Assembly: GCA_937900255.1 (NCBI GenBank) | Contig: CALCDZ010000003.1 | Location: forward strand, 63,149 to 127,148 | DNA: 64,000 nt | Direction: 5' to 3' | From: an uncultured bacterium | GTDB lineage: Bacteria; Patescibacteriota; Patescibacteriia; SG8-24; DYFX01 | Shown: piece after piece, positions 1 to 9,788 of the stretch | Layout: each line of letters starts with the position of its first letter | Position numbering within the stretch: position 1 is the stretch's first letter | The notes under the pieces: model-generated | The model's database searches: none | What the model was told of the DNA's origin: nothing | Seen by the model: the letters and a program-made list of their open reading frames with translations, nothing else | Program-made: the position numbers and the translations under genes

Positions 1-2
1 GC

Positions 3-2480
3 AATGCCATCCAGGACCTCATGATCCGGTTCGAGCGCATGCGCGGCAAAGCCGCCTTGTGGCTGCCCGGCACCGATCATGCCGCCATCGCCACGCAGGT
101 GAAGGTGGAAGGCTTGTTGCGCGAGAAGGGGATGAAGGATCCTAAGCGCGAGCTCGGCCGCGAGAGGTTCCTGGCCGAGGTCGTGAAGTTCGCCGAACAG
201 TCCGGCAAGACCATCGTCCGCCAGACCCGTTCCATGGGTGCCTCCTGCGATTGGTCGCGCGAGGCCTATACGTTCGACAAGCCCCGCAACCGCGCCGTGA
301 ACGCGATGTTCAGGATGATGCACGAGGACGGCCTGATCGAGCGCGGCTACCGCGTCGTCAACTGGGATCCGCAGTTCCAGACCACGCTCTCCGACGACGA
401 GGTCAACATGAAGGAGACGAAGGCGAAGCTCTTGACCTTCACGTACGACAAGGACTTCCCGATCGCCATCTCGACCACACGGCCCGAGACCAAGTTCGGC
501 GACACGGCCGTCGCCGTCCATCCGGACGACGTCCGCTACAAGGAATTCGTCGGCAAGACGTATACGCCGACCTTCTGCGGCAAGAAGATCACGGTCAAAG
601 TCATCGCCGACAAGGCGGTCGACCCGTCTTTCGGCACCGGCGCGCTCGGCGTCACGCCCGCGCATGCGATGATCGACGCCGAGATGGCCGAGCGACACGG
701 CTTGCCGACGGTGCAGGTCATCGGTACCGATGCACGCTTGCTGGAAGCGGCTGGCAAGGATTTTGCCGGACTCACGATCAAGGAGGCACGCGTGAAAGTC
801 GAAGAAACGCTGAAGGAGGCGGGTGTTTTGAAGAACGTCGAGGAGATCTCCCAGAACCTGCCGGTGGCCGAGCGCGGCGGCGCGCCGGTGGAGCAGCTGC
901 CGATGCGGCAGTGGTTCGTGCGCGTCAACAAGCCGTTCGCGCTTCGCCGAGCCACGCTCGGCAAGTGGAAGAAGGGGGAGAAAGTCACGCTGAAGCAGCT
1001 GATGCACGCGGCGGTCGCTTCCAAGGAAATCGCCATCCTCCCGGACCAGTTCGCCAAGGTCTACTTCCATTGGATCGACAACCTGCGCGACTGGTGCATT
1101 TCGCGCCAGATCTGGTTCGGGCACCGCGTACCCGTCTGGTACAAGGGCGAGGAGTTGCGCGTGGCCGACAAGGCGCCGGGCAAAGGTTGGACGCAGGACG
1201 AGGACACGCTCGATACCTGGTTCTCTTCCGGTTCCTGGACCTTCACCACGCTCGGTTGGCCCGATAAGACGGCGGACCTCAAGCGCTTCCACCCCACCGA
1301 TGTCCTTGAGACCGGCCGCGACATCATCTTCTTCTGGGTGGCGCGCATGGTCATGATGTCGACCTACGCGCTCGGCGAGATCCCGTTCAGGACCGTCTAC
1401 CTGCACGGTCTCGTCCGCGACGAGCAAGGCCGCAAGATGTCCAAGTCGCTCGGCAACATCATCGACCCGCTCGATGTCACCGCCAAATACGGCACCGACG
1501 CCGTGCGCCTCTCGCTCGTCATCGGCAACGCTCCCGGCGCCGACACGCGCCTGGGCGACGAGAAGATCGCCAGCTTCCGCAACTTCACCAACAAGCTCTG
1601 GAACATCAGCCGCTTCGTGCTGACGTCCGTCTCGAAACCCGCGCGCGTGAAGGGTAAGCCGGCGCCGAAGACGCTCTCCGACAAGTGGATCATGGCGCGT
1701 CTGGCGACCGTGACCGCCGAGGCGACCGCGCTCATCGGGAAATACGAATTCTCGTCGGCCGGCGAACTGCTCCGTGATTTCACCTGGACCGAGTTCGCCG
1801 ACTGGTACCTGGAGATCGCCAAGATCCAGATGCAGGATCCCAAGCTGAAAGCCTCCACGGAGAAGGTCCTGCTCTACGCGCTCGAACACATCTTGAAGCT
1901 TTGGCACCCTTACATGCCGTTCGTCACGGAAGCGGTCTGGGACATGCTCGCCGGCAATGCCAAGGGCAAGAAGTTCCTGATGATCGAAGCGTGGCCGAAG
2001 GCCGGTAAGACCGCGGTCCCGAAGGATTTCACGCTTCTCCAGGGCATCATCGGGGCCGTCCGCAACATCCGCAGCGAATATAAGGTCGAACCCGCCAAGC
2101 GCGTCGATGCGACGATCGTGGCGGGGACGAAGGCGAAGCTGCTGAAGGATAATGCCGAAGTCATCCGCGCACTGGCGCGCATCGAGACGCTGACGATCGT
2201 GGCGAAGGGGGAGAAGCCGAAGGATGCCGCCTCCGCGATGGTCGGAGGCGTCGAGATCCACCTCCCGCTCTCCGGCATGGTCGACCCCGCCAAGGAAAAG
2301 GCTCGCCTCGAGAAGGAGAAGCAGAACCTTGAGGGGTTCGTGAAGAGCCTCGAAGCCAAGCTCGGCAATCCCGGCTACACCGAGAAGGCTCCGAAAGACG
2401 TGGTCGACAAGACGAAGCAGATGCTGGAAGAGAAGCGGCAGGAACTCGCGAAGATTGACGCGGTGCTCGTCGGGATGTAA
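3..2480 (+). CDS. valS: valyl-tRNA synthetase (5' partial; ORF open to window start)
   Basis: Class I aaRS KMSKS motif (RKMSKSLGN), ValRS-like editing/anticodon regions, C-terminal coiled-coil; reading frame continues to position 3. Confidence 0.9.
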   Translation, partial: NAIQDLMIRFERMRGKAALWLPGTDHAAIATQVKVEGLLREKGMKDPKRELGRERFLAEVVKFAEQSGKTIVRQTRSMGASCDWSREAYTFDKPRNRAVNAMFRMMHEDGLIERGYRVVNWDPQFQTTLSDDEVNMKETKAKLLTFTYDKDFPIAISTTRPETKFGDTAVAVHPDDVRYKEFVGKTYTPTFCGKKITVKVIADKAVDPSFGTGALGVTPAHAMIDAEMAERHGLPTVQVIGTDARLLEAAGKDFAGLTIKEARVKVEETLKEAGVLKNVEEISQNLPVAERGGAPVEQLPMRQWFVRVNKPFALRRATLGKWKKGEKVTLKQLMHAAVASKEIAILPDQFAKVYFHWIDNLRDWCISRQIWFGHRVPVWYKGEELRVADKAPGKGWTQDEDTLDTWFSSGSWTFTTLGWPDKTADLKRFHPTDVLETGRDIIFFWVARMVMMSTYALGEIPFRTVYLHGLVRDEQGRKMSKSLGNIIDPLDVTAKYGTDAVRLSLVIGNAPGADTRLGDEKIASFRNFTNKLWNISRFVLTSVSKPARVKGKPAPKTLSDKWIMARLATVTAEATALIGKYEFSSAGELLRDFTWTEFADWYLEIAKIQMQDPKLKASTEKVLLYALEHILKLWHPYMPFVTEAVWDMLAGNAKGKKFLMIEAWPKAGKTAVPKDFTLLQGIIGAVRNIRSEYKVEPAKRVDATIVAGTKAKLLKDNAEVIRALARIETLTIVAKGEKPKDAASAMVGGVEIHLPLSGMVDPAKEKARLEKEKQNLEGFVKSLEAKLGNPGYTEKAPKDVVDKTKQMLEEKRQELAKIDAVLVGM

Positions 2481-2517
2481 GGTCCTGGCGAGTTCTTTGT
2501 TCCGCAAGGGAGGCTGC

Positions 2518-3147
2518 ATGTGGACATTCATCGCTGTCGTCTTTTTCCTCACCCTCTTCGTGGTCGCAGTCCGATACGATCTCCTCGGGATCAGGCGCAG
2601 TGATGCATACCGACTGGAGCTTGAGGGAACGCGGCGAGCGTATTGGCGCCTCAACGATGCCCAGTTCGCCTCGATCGCCTTCCATTGCTTGGCGGATTTC
2701 CATGCCAGGAAACTGGTCGTGGAAAACGCCTGCTACGAAGGCCGGAGCCCTGGCAATTGGAACATCCTCGTCGTTGCCGCTCCCCAAGGCGCCATCGGGA
2801 TATTCTGGCGGTTCGGTCTTTCCTTGGTCGAGCCGACTGTTTCTGGAAAGGGAGGGTCGGCCATCGCCTGGATTTCAGCCTATCTGGGCTGTCAGCACGT
2901 CCTGGTCGAGAGGTCATTGACGCCCTCGTCGATCGATACGGCGTATGATCGGCTCCTGGCTTTCAGCCGACTGAGTCGGCGTCGGTATTCTCCGGACCGG
3001 GCGTTGAGCCCCGATGTCTCTTCCGAAATCGTCCAGGCGTTTCTCGGCATCTTCACCGAAGGCAATTCGTTGCTGCCTCCTGAAGCCGGTTTTTCCATCG
3101 GGACAGGGGCACGACTGCCCTCCCCGGCTACCTCAACGCCCATTTGA
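2518..3147 (+). CDS. hypothetical membrane protein (N-terminal TM helix)
   Basis: ATG at 2518 preceded by GGGAGG RBS; hydrophobic N-terminus MWTFIAVVFFLTLFVVAV; ORF track 2455..3147. Confidence 0.5.
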   Translation: MWTFIAVVFFLTLFVVAVRYDLLGIRRSDAYRLELEGTRRAYWRLNDAQFASIAFHCLADFHARKLVVENACYEGRSPGNWNILVVAAPQGAIGIFWRFGLSLVEPTVSGKGGSAIAWISAYLGCQHVLVERSLTPSSIDTAYDRLLAFSRLSRRRYSPDRALSPDVSSEIVQAFLGIFTEGNSLLPPEAGFSIGTGARLPSPATSTPI

Positions 3148-3164
3148 CTTCGGGCGGTTTTTTT
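3137..3164 (+). terminator. intrinsic terminator (CGCCC-loop-GGGCG + T7)
   Basis: GC stem followed by run of 7 T immediately after stop codon at 3147. Confidence 0.6.
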
Positions 3165-3199
3165 GTTATGCTGGCGGAGATTTCCCGTAACATTTCGCC

Positions 3200-4342
3200 A
3201 TGAAGAAGCTCTTCTTCGCCCTCGCGTTCGGCGCCGTTTCGCTGCTCGCGATCCGTCCGGTCCACGCCGCCGGCTTCGGCGATTTGGTGAAGGGTTCGGG
3301 CCCGACCGTCTATTACGTCACGAGCGACCAGAAGCGCCTGGCGTTTCCCGACGAGGCGACGTTCCGCAGCTGGTATGCGGACTTCAGCCCGGTCCGGACG
3401 GTTTCGGACGACGAGCTTTCCCAGCTGCCGTTCGCGGGCCAAGTACCTCTTCGGCCCGGTTCTCGGCCGATCAAAGGCGCCTCCGAAGCGCGCATCTACG
3501 GCATCGACCGCGACGGCAACCTGCGCTGGCTTTCGACCGAAGGCATCGCCCGCATGATCTACGGCGACGATTGGAACCGCAAGATCGCCGTCGTGCCCGA
3601 CACCGCGCTGGCCGAATATGGCCGCGGAGCCGACGTCACCGGTCCGAACCAGTTCTGGTGGAAGGCGGAACGCGACGCTTCCCCGAACCTCCAAGAGGCC
3701 AACGCCCGCCGCAGCGCCTCGGCAGCCTCTCCTGCCAAGCCCTCCGTCGCCAACCCTGCCGTAACGCCCGCCGCTTCATCGACGGCGCCGACCCGCATCA
3801 TCATCCTTCCGACCGTCATCAACGACGACGGCGGCCACGGCAAGGAAGGGGACGTCGACTATCTGATCAACGGTGCCTTGGTCATGCCGCAGGACGGCAT
3901 CAACGTCTTGCCCGGCAGCTACACCATCTATCACGGCCAGTTTCCGGGCTACGCGGCTTCGGCCTGGTCGGGCGATTGTTCGGCCGACGGCGTCGTCACC
4001 GTTCCGGCCAATCAGACCCGCGCGTGCTTCATCACCTTCAACGACATTCCCGACGCGACCTTCGGCAGCAAGTCGAACCAGCCGCCGAAGCTGACGCTCT
4101 TCTCGTACGTGCAGAACCATCATGGCGGCACGGCGCGCGACCAGGACATCAAGCTGTTCATCGGCAGCATGCAGGTCACGAGCGGCCAGCCGTCGACCCT
4201 CAGCCCCAACGACTACACGGTCTACCGCGTCGTGCCGCAGGGCTACGCGGCGTACGACTGGGGCGGAGACTGTTCCCCGAAAGGCACGGTGGCGCTCCGT
4301 AACGGCGACGACAAGACCTGCACGATCACGCTCCACGACTGA
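3200..4342 (+). CDS. secreted hypothetical protein with internal tandem domain duplication
   Basis: Signal peptide MKKLFFALAFGAVSLLAIRPVHAAG; two homologous C-terminal modules (…TIYHGQFPGYAASAWSGDCSADGVVTV… / …TVYRVVPQGYAAYDWGGDCSPKGTVAL…); TAACAT -10-like hexamer 6 nt upstream of ATG. Confidence 0.7.
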   Translation: MKKLFFALAFGAVSLLAIRPVHAAGFGDLVKGSGPTVYYVTSDQKRLAFPDEATFRSWYADFSPVRTVSDDELSQLPFAGQVPLRPGSRPIKGASEARIYGIDRDGNLRWLSTEGIARMIYGDDWNRKIAVVPDTALAEYGRGADVTGPNQFWWKAERDASPNLQEANARRSASAASPAKPSVANPAVTPAASSTAPTRIIILPTVINDDGGHGKEGDVDYLINGALVMPQDGINVLPGSYTIYHGQFPGYAASAWSGDCSADGVVTVPANQTRACFITFNDIPDATFGSKSNQPPKLTLFSYVQNHHGGTARDQDIKLFIGSMQVTSGQPSTLSPNDYTVYRVVPQGYAAYDWGGDCSPKGTVALRNGDDKTCTITLHD

Positions 4343-4360
4343 ACCGGAACCGCGAAATGA

Positions 4361-4390
4361 CCGCCCAGGGCTTGACCTCGGGCGGTTTTT
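4361..4390 (+). terminator. intrinsic terminator (CCGCCC-loop-GGGCGG + T5)
   Basis: Hairpin plus T-tract 19 nt after stop codon of 3200..4342. Confidence 0.65.
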
Positions 4391-4425
4391 CTTCTATCCT
4401 CGCCGCATCGTTCATTGGAGGTCCT

Positions 4426-5073
4426 GTGCCAGCATTCAAGAAGCGTCTCTCGTCCTTTGCCGCGCGTTCGTCGGACCCGATCCTCGTCATCATGTGGCTG
4501 TACCTGTCCTACGTGTGGTGGCAGATGTTTTTCATCATCCCGGGCGCCGTCGCCGCATCCTGGATTTTCTGGGGCCGGGTGGTTCCGGCGTACAAGCTGA
4601 AAAGCAGAATGCGGCAGCTGCGGCCGGAGGTCGAAGCGCGTCTCGATGAGATGATCGCTCTCGCCGAATCCCTGTCCAGAAAGCGTGAGTTGGAGGACGC
4701 GGTCCTCAGGAATGATGTCGTGCGCTCTCCGGACCGAGAGGCTGAGAGCCTCTCCCTGCGCGGCCAAGGCGGCAGGGTGTACGTGCTCGAGACCGTCTTC
4801 CTGTACGGCAGACGGCATGACAATCGGGTAAACCTCTGCATGAGGATGTATGACGGCGGAAGAGAAGCGCACCGCCTGGACTACCCGGAGCCCGGGGATT
4901 TTTTCCTGGCCGGAGATTGGCTCATATGTCGTCTCGCTACTTTGCGCGGTCTGGTCGGTTGGGAATCATATGGGGATCGCGCACGTCGCGAACTCCGCCG
5001 GAAGCTGGCTTTGTTGGGCATCGATCTCGGCCCTGTCCTCGATGACCGGCGCAAGCCGCCCGGAGCGGCCTGA
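4426..5073 (+). CDS. hypothetical membrane protein
   Basis: GTG at 4426 with GGAGG 4 nt upstream (ORF track starts 4357 but that overlaps the upstream terminator); two predicted TM helices then charged C-terminal domain. Confidence 0.5.
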   Translation: MPAFKKRLSSFAARSSDPILVIMWLYLSYVWWQMFFIIPGAVAASWIFWGRVVPAYKLKSRMRQLRPEVEARLDEMIALAESLSRKRELEDAVLRNDVVRSPDREAESLSLRGQGGRVYVLETVFLYGRRHDNRVNLCMRMYDGGREAHRLDYPEPGDFFLAGDWLICRLATLRGLVGWESYGDRARRELRRKLALLGIDLGPVLDDRRKPPGAA

Positions 5074-5101
5074 GCGCGGTTCCGGCCGCCTCCGCTCTCG
5101 A

Positions 5102-5124
5102 CAACCCCCTCGGGTTGTTTTTTT
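5102..5124 (+). terminator. intrinsic terminator (CAACCC-loop-GGGTTG + T7)
   Basis: Hairpin and T-tract after stop at 5073. Confidence 0.6.
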
Positions 5125-5143
5125 GTCCCATTCCCGCTAAAGT
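5115..5143 (+). promoter_or_regulatory. putative sigma70-like promoter TTGTTT-17-TAAAGT, 8 nt upstream of tyrS ATG (leaderless)
   Basis: -35/-10 hexamers with 17-nt spacer; -35 overlaps terminator T-tract; start codon 8 nt after -10. Confidence 0.4.
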
Positions 5144-5151
5144 CTCCGCAT

Positions 5152-6333
5152 ATGAAAGTCCCGTCCGACGCCGACATCGCCCGCTTGCTCGATCACCAGG
5201 TCGCCGACGTCATCGTCCGTGAAAGCCTGGAGAAGAAGCTCCGCTCCGGCCGGAAGCTGAGGATCAAGCTGGGTGCCGATCCGTCACGTCCGGACCTGCA
5301 CATCGGGCACGCCGTCGTGCTCCGCAAGCTCCGCGCCTTCCAGGACCTGGGCCACACGGTCATCTTCCTGATCGGCGACTTCACCGCGCTCATCGGCGAT
5401 CCCACCGGCAAGTCCAAGACCCGTCCGATGCTCACTACCAAGGAGATCAAGGCCAACGCCGCCACCTACCTCAAGCAGGTCGGGAAGATCCTGGACGTGA
5501 AGAAAGGGGAGATCCGCTATAACAGCGAATGGCTCGGCAAGCTCAAGGCCGCCGATTTCGTCTCGCTCTGCGCGCAGTTCACGGTCGCCCGCATCATCGA
5601 GCGCGATGATTTTTCGAAGCGCCTTTCCGCCAACTCCGACGTCCACATGCACGAGCTCCTCTACCCGATGCTCCAAGCCTACGATTCGATTGCGCTGCGG
5701 GCCGACGTCGAGCTCGGCGCTACCGACCAGACCTTCAACCTCCTGGCCGGCCGCGCCCTGATGAGCAAGAAGGAGCTTCCGCCGCAGGACGTCCTGACGA
5801 CGCCGATCTTGGTCGGCACCGACGGCGTGGAAAAGATGAGCAAATCGCTCGGCAACTACATCGGCATCATGGATTCCGCCGAAGAGATGTTCGGCAAGAC
5901 CATGTCGATCCCCGACAGCGCCCTCGGCAATTGGCTGGAACTCGCGGCGGATTATACGAAGGAAGAAGTCGAGAACGAGAAAGCCGCCCTCAAGAAGGGG
6001 GAGAACCCCCGCGACGTGAAGATGCGCCTGGCCAAGAGGCTGACGGCGATGTACCACGACGGAAAATCCTCTGACGCGGCCGAGGCCGGCTTCAAGGCCC
6101 GTTTCCAGAAGGGCGAGATGCCGACGGAGATCAGGGAGTGGGCGCTCGGGAAACCGATGAAGCTCTACGAGGCGGTCGCCGCCGCTTTCGGCGTCTCGAA
6201 TTCGCAGGCCCGCCGCGACATCGAAGCCGGCGGTGTGAAGATCGACGGCGGCGCCGTGAAAGACCCGATGGTCGCGGTGGAGAAAGGCATCGTCCTTCAG
6301 AAAGGCAAGCTGCACTTCGTGAGACTCGTTTAA
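5152..6333 (+). CDS. tyrS: tyrosyl-tRNA synthetase
   Basis: HIGH (PDLHIGHAV) and KMSKS (EKMSKSLGN) motifs, LIGDPTGK motif, C-terminal S4-like RNA-binding domain. Confidence 0.8.
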   Translation: MKVPSDADIARLLDHQVADVIVRESLEKKLRSGRKLRIKLGADPSRPDLHIGHAVVLRKLRAFQDLGHTVIFLIGDFTALIGDPTGKSKTRPMLTTKEIKANAATYLKQVGKILDVKKGEIRYNSEWLGKLKAADFVSLCAQFTVARIIERDDFSKRLSANSDVHMHELLYPMLQAYDSIALRADVELGATDQTFNLLAGRALMSKKELPPQDVLTTPILVGTDGVEKMSKSLGNYIGIMDSAEEMFGKTMSIPDSALGNWLELAADYTKEEVENEKAALKKGENPRDVKMRLAKRLTAMYHDGKSSDAAEAGFKARFQKGEMPTEIREWALGKPMKLYEAVAAAFGVSNSQARRDIEAGGVKIDGGAVKDPMVAVEKGIVLQKGKLHFVRLV

Positions 6334-6349
6334 GGTCGCGACGAGCGCT

Positions 6350-8053
6350 ATGTACCTGATCGAATCCCTGAAATCGAACCTGGCCGTCGCGCTTGCGCGG
6401 GCATCGGCGACGGAGATCCCTCCGGACGCTTTGGAATACCCCGAACTCCCCGAGAACGGCGATCTGGCGTTCCCGTGCTTCCAATTGGCGAAAAGCCTGA
6501 AGCAGGCCCCACCGAAGATCGCGGCCGAGCTGGCCGGAAAGCTCGATCTGCCAGCGGATTTCGAGCGGGTCGAAGCGAAAGGACCCTACCTCAATTTTTT
6601 CCTGAAGAAGGAAGCCGTCATCGAACAGGTTTCGGCTGAAGTCGACGAACACTACGGCGACCGGAAACCGGAGAAGCCGGAAAAGGTGATGATCGAGTAC
6701 GTCAGCCCCAACAACAACAAGCCGCTGCACCTCGGCCACGTCCGCAACGGCCTGCTCGGTTCGGCGATCGCGAGCCTGCTCGAATCGCAGGGCGTGCAGG
6801 TGGTGCGCGCGCTGCTCCTGAACGACCGCGGCTTGGCGATCGCGAAGGCCATGGTCGCCTATATCCGCTGGGGCGAGGGCAGGACGCCAGACGATCTCGG
6901 CAAGAAAGGTGATCGCTACCTCGGCGATCTGTACGTCCTGTACGAGAAGTCCGCAAAGACCGACGAGTCGCTGGAGAAGGATGCCCATGACATCATCCGC
7001 AAATGGGAGGAGGGCGACGCCGAGACGCGCAAGCTTTGGCGCACGATGAGCGATTGGTGCGAAGCCGGGCAGCATGAGACCTACAGACGCTTCGGGTTCC
7101 TTTTCGACGTCGAGTACAAGGAATCGGAGATCTATAAGGAGGGAAAAGAGATCGTCGAACTCGGCCTCGCGAAAGGCGTCTTCCGGAAGGACGAGACCGG
7201 CGCCGTCATCGCGGACCTGGAAGCGCATGGCCTGCCGAATAAGGTCGTCCTGCGCTCCGACGGCACCGCGCTCTACATCACGCAGGACCTGCACCTCGCC
7301 AAGAAAAAGTTCGACGAGCAAGGGCTCGACGCCTCCGTCTACGTCGTGGCGGACGAGCAGAACCTGCACTTCCGGCAGCTCTTCAAGATCCTGGAACTGC
7401 TCGGGTTCCCGTGGGCCGCGAAGCTCAGGCATCTTTCGTACGGCCTCGTGGCTTTGCCTGAAGGCCGCATGAAGTCGCGCGAAGGAACGGTCGTCGACGC
7501 CGACGACCTGCTCTCCGCGCTCGAGACCGATGCCGCCGTCGAGATCCGCCAGCGCCACCTCGCGCTTTCCGACGACGAGACGCTCCGTCGCGCGCGGCAA
7601 GTCGCTCTCGCCGCCGTGAAGTTCTATTTCCTGGACGTGGACATCGCCTCCGGGATGATCTACGACCCGAAGGCCTCGCTCGCCTTCGCCGGCAAGACCG
7701 GTCCGTACCTGCAGTACATGCACGCCCGCATCCGCAGCCTCGTCCGAAAATCCGAGGAGACCGAGGCGGAAGGGGAGGGACGCGAGGCCAAGGACGAGGA
7801 GTTCCAGCTGTCCCTTGCTCTGGCGCGTTTTCCGGAAGCGGTCCGCCGCGCCGCGACGCAGTTGCGGCCCTCGCTCGTGGCCGCGCAGCTGTACGAGATC
7901 GCCCGCGCCGTCGCCGCTTTGTATGAGAACGTCCCGGTCCTGAACGCTTCCAAGCAAGATCGCGCGGCCCGACTGCGCCTCCTGGAGGCCGCTGCCCGCG
8001 CGCTCAAGCGCGGAGCGCACCTACTGGGGTTCGAGGTGCCGGAGGAGATGTAA
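6350..8053 (+). CDS. argS: arginyl-tRNA synthetase
   Basis: Class I HIGH-type motif PLHLGHVRNG, ArgRS-length (567 aa) with DALR-type anticodon-binding C-terminus ending in Met. Confidence 0.8.
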   Translation: MYLIESLKSNLAVALARASATEIPPDALEYPELPENGDLAFPCFQLAKSLKQAPPKIAAELAGKLDLPADFERVEAKGPYLNFFLKKEAVIEQVSAEVDEHYGDRKPEKPEKVMIEYVSPNNNKPLHLGHVRNGLLGSAIASLLESQGVQVVRALLLNDRGLAIAKAMVAYIRWGEGRTPDDLGKKGDRYLGDLYVLYEKSAKTDESLEKDAHDIIRKWEEGDAETRKLWRTMSDWCEAGQHETYRRFGFLFDVEYKESEIYKEGKEIVELGLAKGVFRKDETGAVIADLEAHGLPNKVVLRSDGTALYITQDLHLAKKKFDEQGLDASVYVVADEQNLHFRQLFKILELLGFPWAAKLRHLSYGLVALPEGRMKSREGTVVDADDLLSALETDAAVEIRQRHLALSDDETLRRARQVALAAVKFYFLDVDIASGMIYDPKASLAFAGKTGPYLQYMHARIRSLVRKSEETEAEGEGREAKDEEFQLSLALARFPEAVRRAATQLRPSLVAAQLYEIARAVAALYENVPVLNASKQDRAARLRLLEAAARALKRGAHLLGFEVPEEM

Positions 8054-8075
8054 GAAACAAGGAAATGATCCGCCC

Positions 8076-9149
8076 ATGCCATCGACGCCTTACTTGATGG
8101 TCGATCTTGCGCGCGTGCAGTCCACGCGCCGCAACCTCGATAAGATCTTCGGGAGCCGTCTCGAAGTTTTTTATGCCGTCAAAGCGAACCGTCATCTTGA
8201 AATACTGAAAACCCTCTTAAGCGAAGGATGCGGTTTTGACGTCGCCTCGATGAACGAAGTCCGGATTTGCATGGGCATCGGATGCCCGCCCGGGAAAATC
8301 GCCTTTTCCAACCCCATCAAGTCGCCCTCGGAAATACGCGAAGCTTATAAGCTTGGCGTCCGCCTGTTCAGCGCCGATTCAGAAGCTGAAATACGGAAGC
8401 TTTCGGAGCTGGCGCCGGGTTCGGATATCTACATCCGTCTCGCTGTCTCCAACGAAGGCAGCGTCTGGCCTTTGACCCGTAAATTCGGCGTCGAACGTCC
8501 TGAGGCCGTAAGCCTGCTTTCTCAAGCCGTGCATCTCGGACTCAACCCCGTCGGATTGACGTTTCATGTCGGTTCTCAATGCTTGAACCCTGAAAACTGG
8601 GAAAAAGCCATCGACGCATGCGCGGAGGTGTTCACTGCGGCCAGGCGGGAGGGGATCAAACTGAAGCTTCTCAATTTGGGAGGCGGACTTCCCGCGCTGG
8701 AGGCCATGACGCAACCGCCTTCGATCGAGGAAATTGGGAGGCGCGTCGTCGGGCGTATCGAGCGGCATTTTTCTCGCGATGTCAGGGTATTGATTGAACC
8801 GGGCCGCCACATGGTCGCGACATCCGGTACGCTCGTGGCGAGCGTCATCGGAGAGGCGGAAAGGCGCGGCGAGCATTGGATCTACCTGGACGCGGGCGTC
8901 TACAACGGGCTCATGGAGATCCATGAGAAATTCCCGTACGAGGTCCGCACCGAACATCCCTCTCGTGAGAAGCGGTCGTACGTCATGGCAGGGCCGACCT
9001 GCGACAGCGTCGACGTCATCTTCAAGAGCATCGTCTTGCCGAAAGTGGAACTGGGCGACCGGATTCTTTTCATGAATGCCGGGGCCTATACGACCGGCTA
9101 CGACCGCTATAACGGTTTTGATTTTCCGGAAACCGTCATAAAGAAATAA
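8076..9149 (+). CDS. type III PLP-dependent decarboxylase (Orn/DAP/Arg decarboxylase family 2)
   Basis: N-terminal motifs FYAVKAN and GCGFDVAS typical of alanine-racemase-fold decarboxylases; 357 aa. Confidence 0.65.
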   Translation: MPSTPYLMVDLARVQSTRRNLDKIFGSRLEVFYAVKANRHLEILKTLLSEGCGFDVASMNEVRICMGIGCPPGKIAFSNPIKSPSEIREAYKLGVRLFSADSEAEIRKLSELAPGSDIYIRLAVSNEGSVWPLTRKFGVERPEAVSLLSQAVHLGLNPVGLTFHVGSQCLNPENWEKAIDACAEVFTAARREGIKLKLLNLGGGLPALEAMTQPPSIEEIGRRVVGRIERHFSRDVRVLIEPGRHMVATSGTLVASVIGEAERRGEHWIYLDAGVYNGLMEIHEKFPYEVRTEHPSREKRSYVMAGPTCDSVDVIFKSIVLPKVELGDRILFMNAGAYTTGYDRYNGFDFPETVIKK

Positions 9150-9158
9150 GGCCCCTTT

Positions 9159-9752
9159 CTAAGGCGCCTTTTTGCCGAAGCTGATGGAGAAGTACACCTG
9201 CTCTCCCAGCCGTCTCGCGTCCGGATCGGCCTCGATGCCGAGATTCGTGAGCGCTTTGCGGTACACGCCGGTGAAATAGTCGAGATTGAACCAGGCATGC
9301 TTGCCGGACGCATAGTCCGATGCGATCATCCAGCCTCGTTCCCAGAAATATCGTGCGTGCTCTTCGAAGAGCATGATCGAGCACCCACGTCCTTGGTACT
9401 CGTTTCGGACGAAGAGGATCGGCATGTACCAGAGCCTTCCCTCCGCGACGGCTTCCGGATGCTGCTGTCGCAGGACGTCCGGATTGACGTAGGCGATACG
9501 CGCTTTTTCCAGATTGTTCGTCCCGCCGATCGCGCCGACGACCGTATCGCCGTGGAACAGGAGGTGTATAATGTACTCAGGGTCACGCAGGGCCTCCGCG
9601 AAGGTCTCGGCCGAGTAGCAGCGCTGCTCCTGGATGCAGGAGTCTGCTACTCCGCCGTGCGCCTCTTCATACCCTTCCCAACATTTCCGGATGATTTCCG
9701 GGTCATGGATGGCAGAGACGGTCTCGGTACGGAATGCGCTTGAATCATGCAT
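9159..9752 (-). CDS. GNAT-family acetyltransferase-like protein
   Basis: Motif A-like segment VRNEYQGRGCSIMLFEE; convergent with decarboxylase gene. Confidence 0.45.
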   Translation of the reverse strand: MHDSSAFRTETVSAIHDPEIIRKCWEGYEEAHGGVADSCIQEQRCYSAETFAEALRDPEYIIHLLFHGDTVVGAIGGTNNLEKARIAYVNPDVLRQQHPEAVAEGRLWYMPILFVRNEYQGRGCSIMLFEEHARYFWERGWMIASDYASGKHAWFNLDYFTGVYRKALTNLGIEADPDARRLGEQVYFSISFGKKAP

Positions 9753-9788
9753 CGTAGGGCACCTCCGCCCTGAACCTAAAGGAAAAAC

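Noticed and set aside
251-1267. 338-aa alternate-frame ORF inside valS and other internal same-strand ORFs (e.g. 2600..2920, 3163..4302, 42430..43431)
   Set aside because: Overlap clearly conserved genes in another frame; Arg/Pro-rich translations characteristic of off-frame GC-rich sequence.
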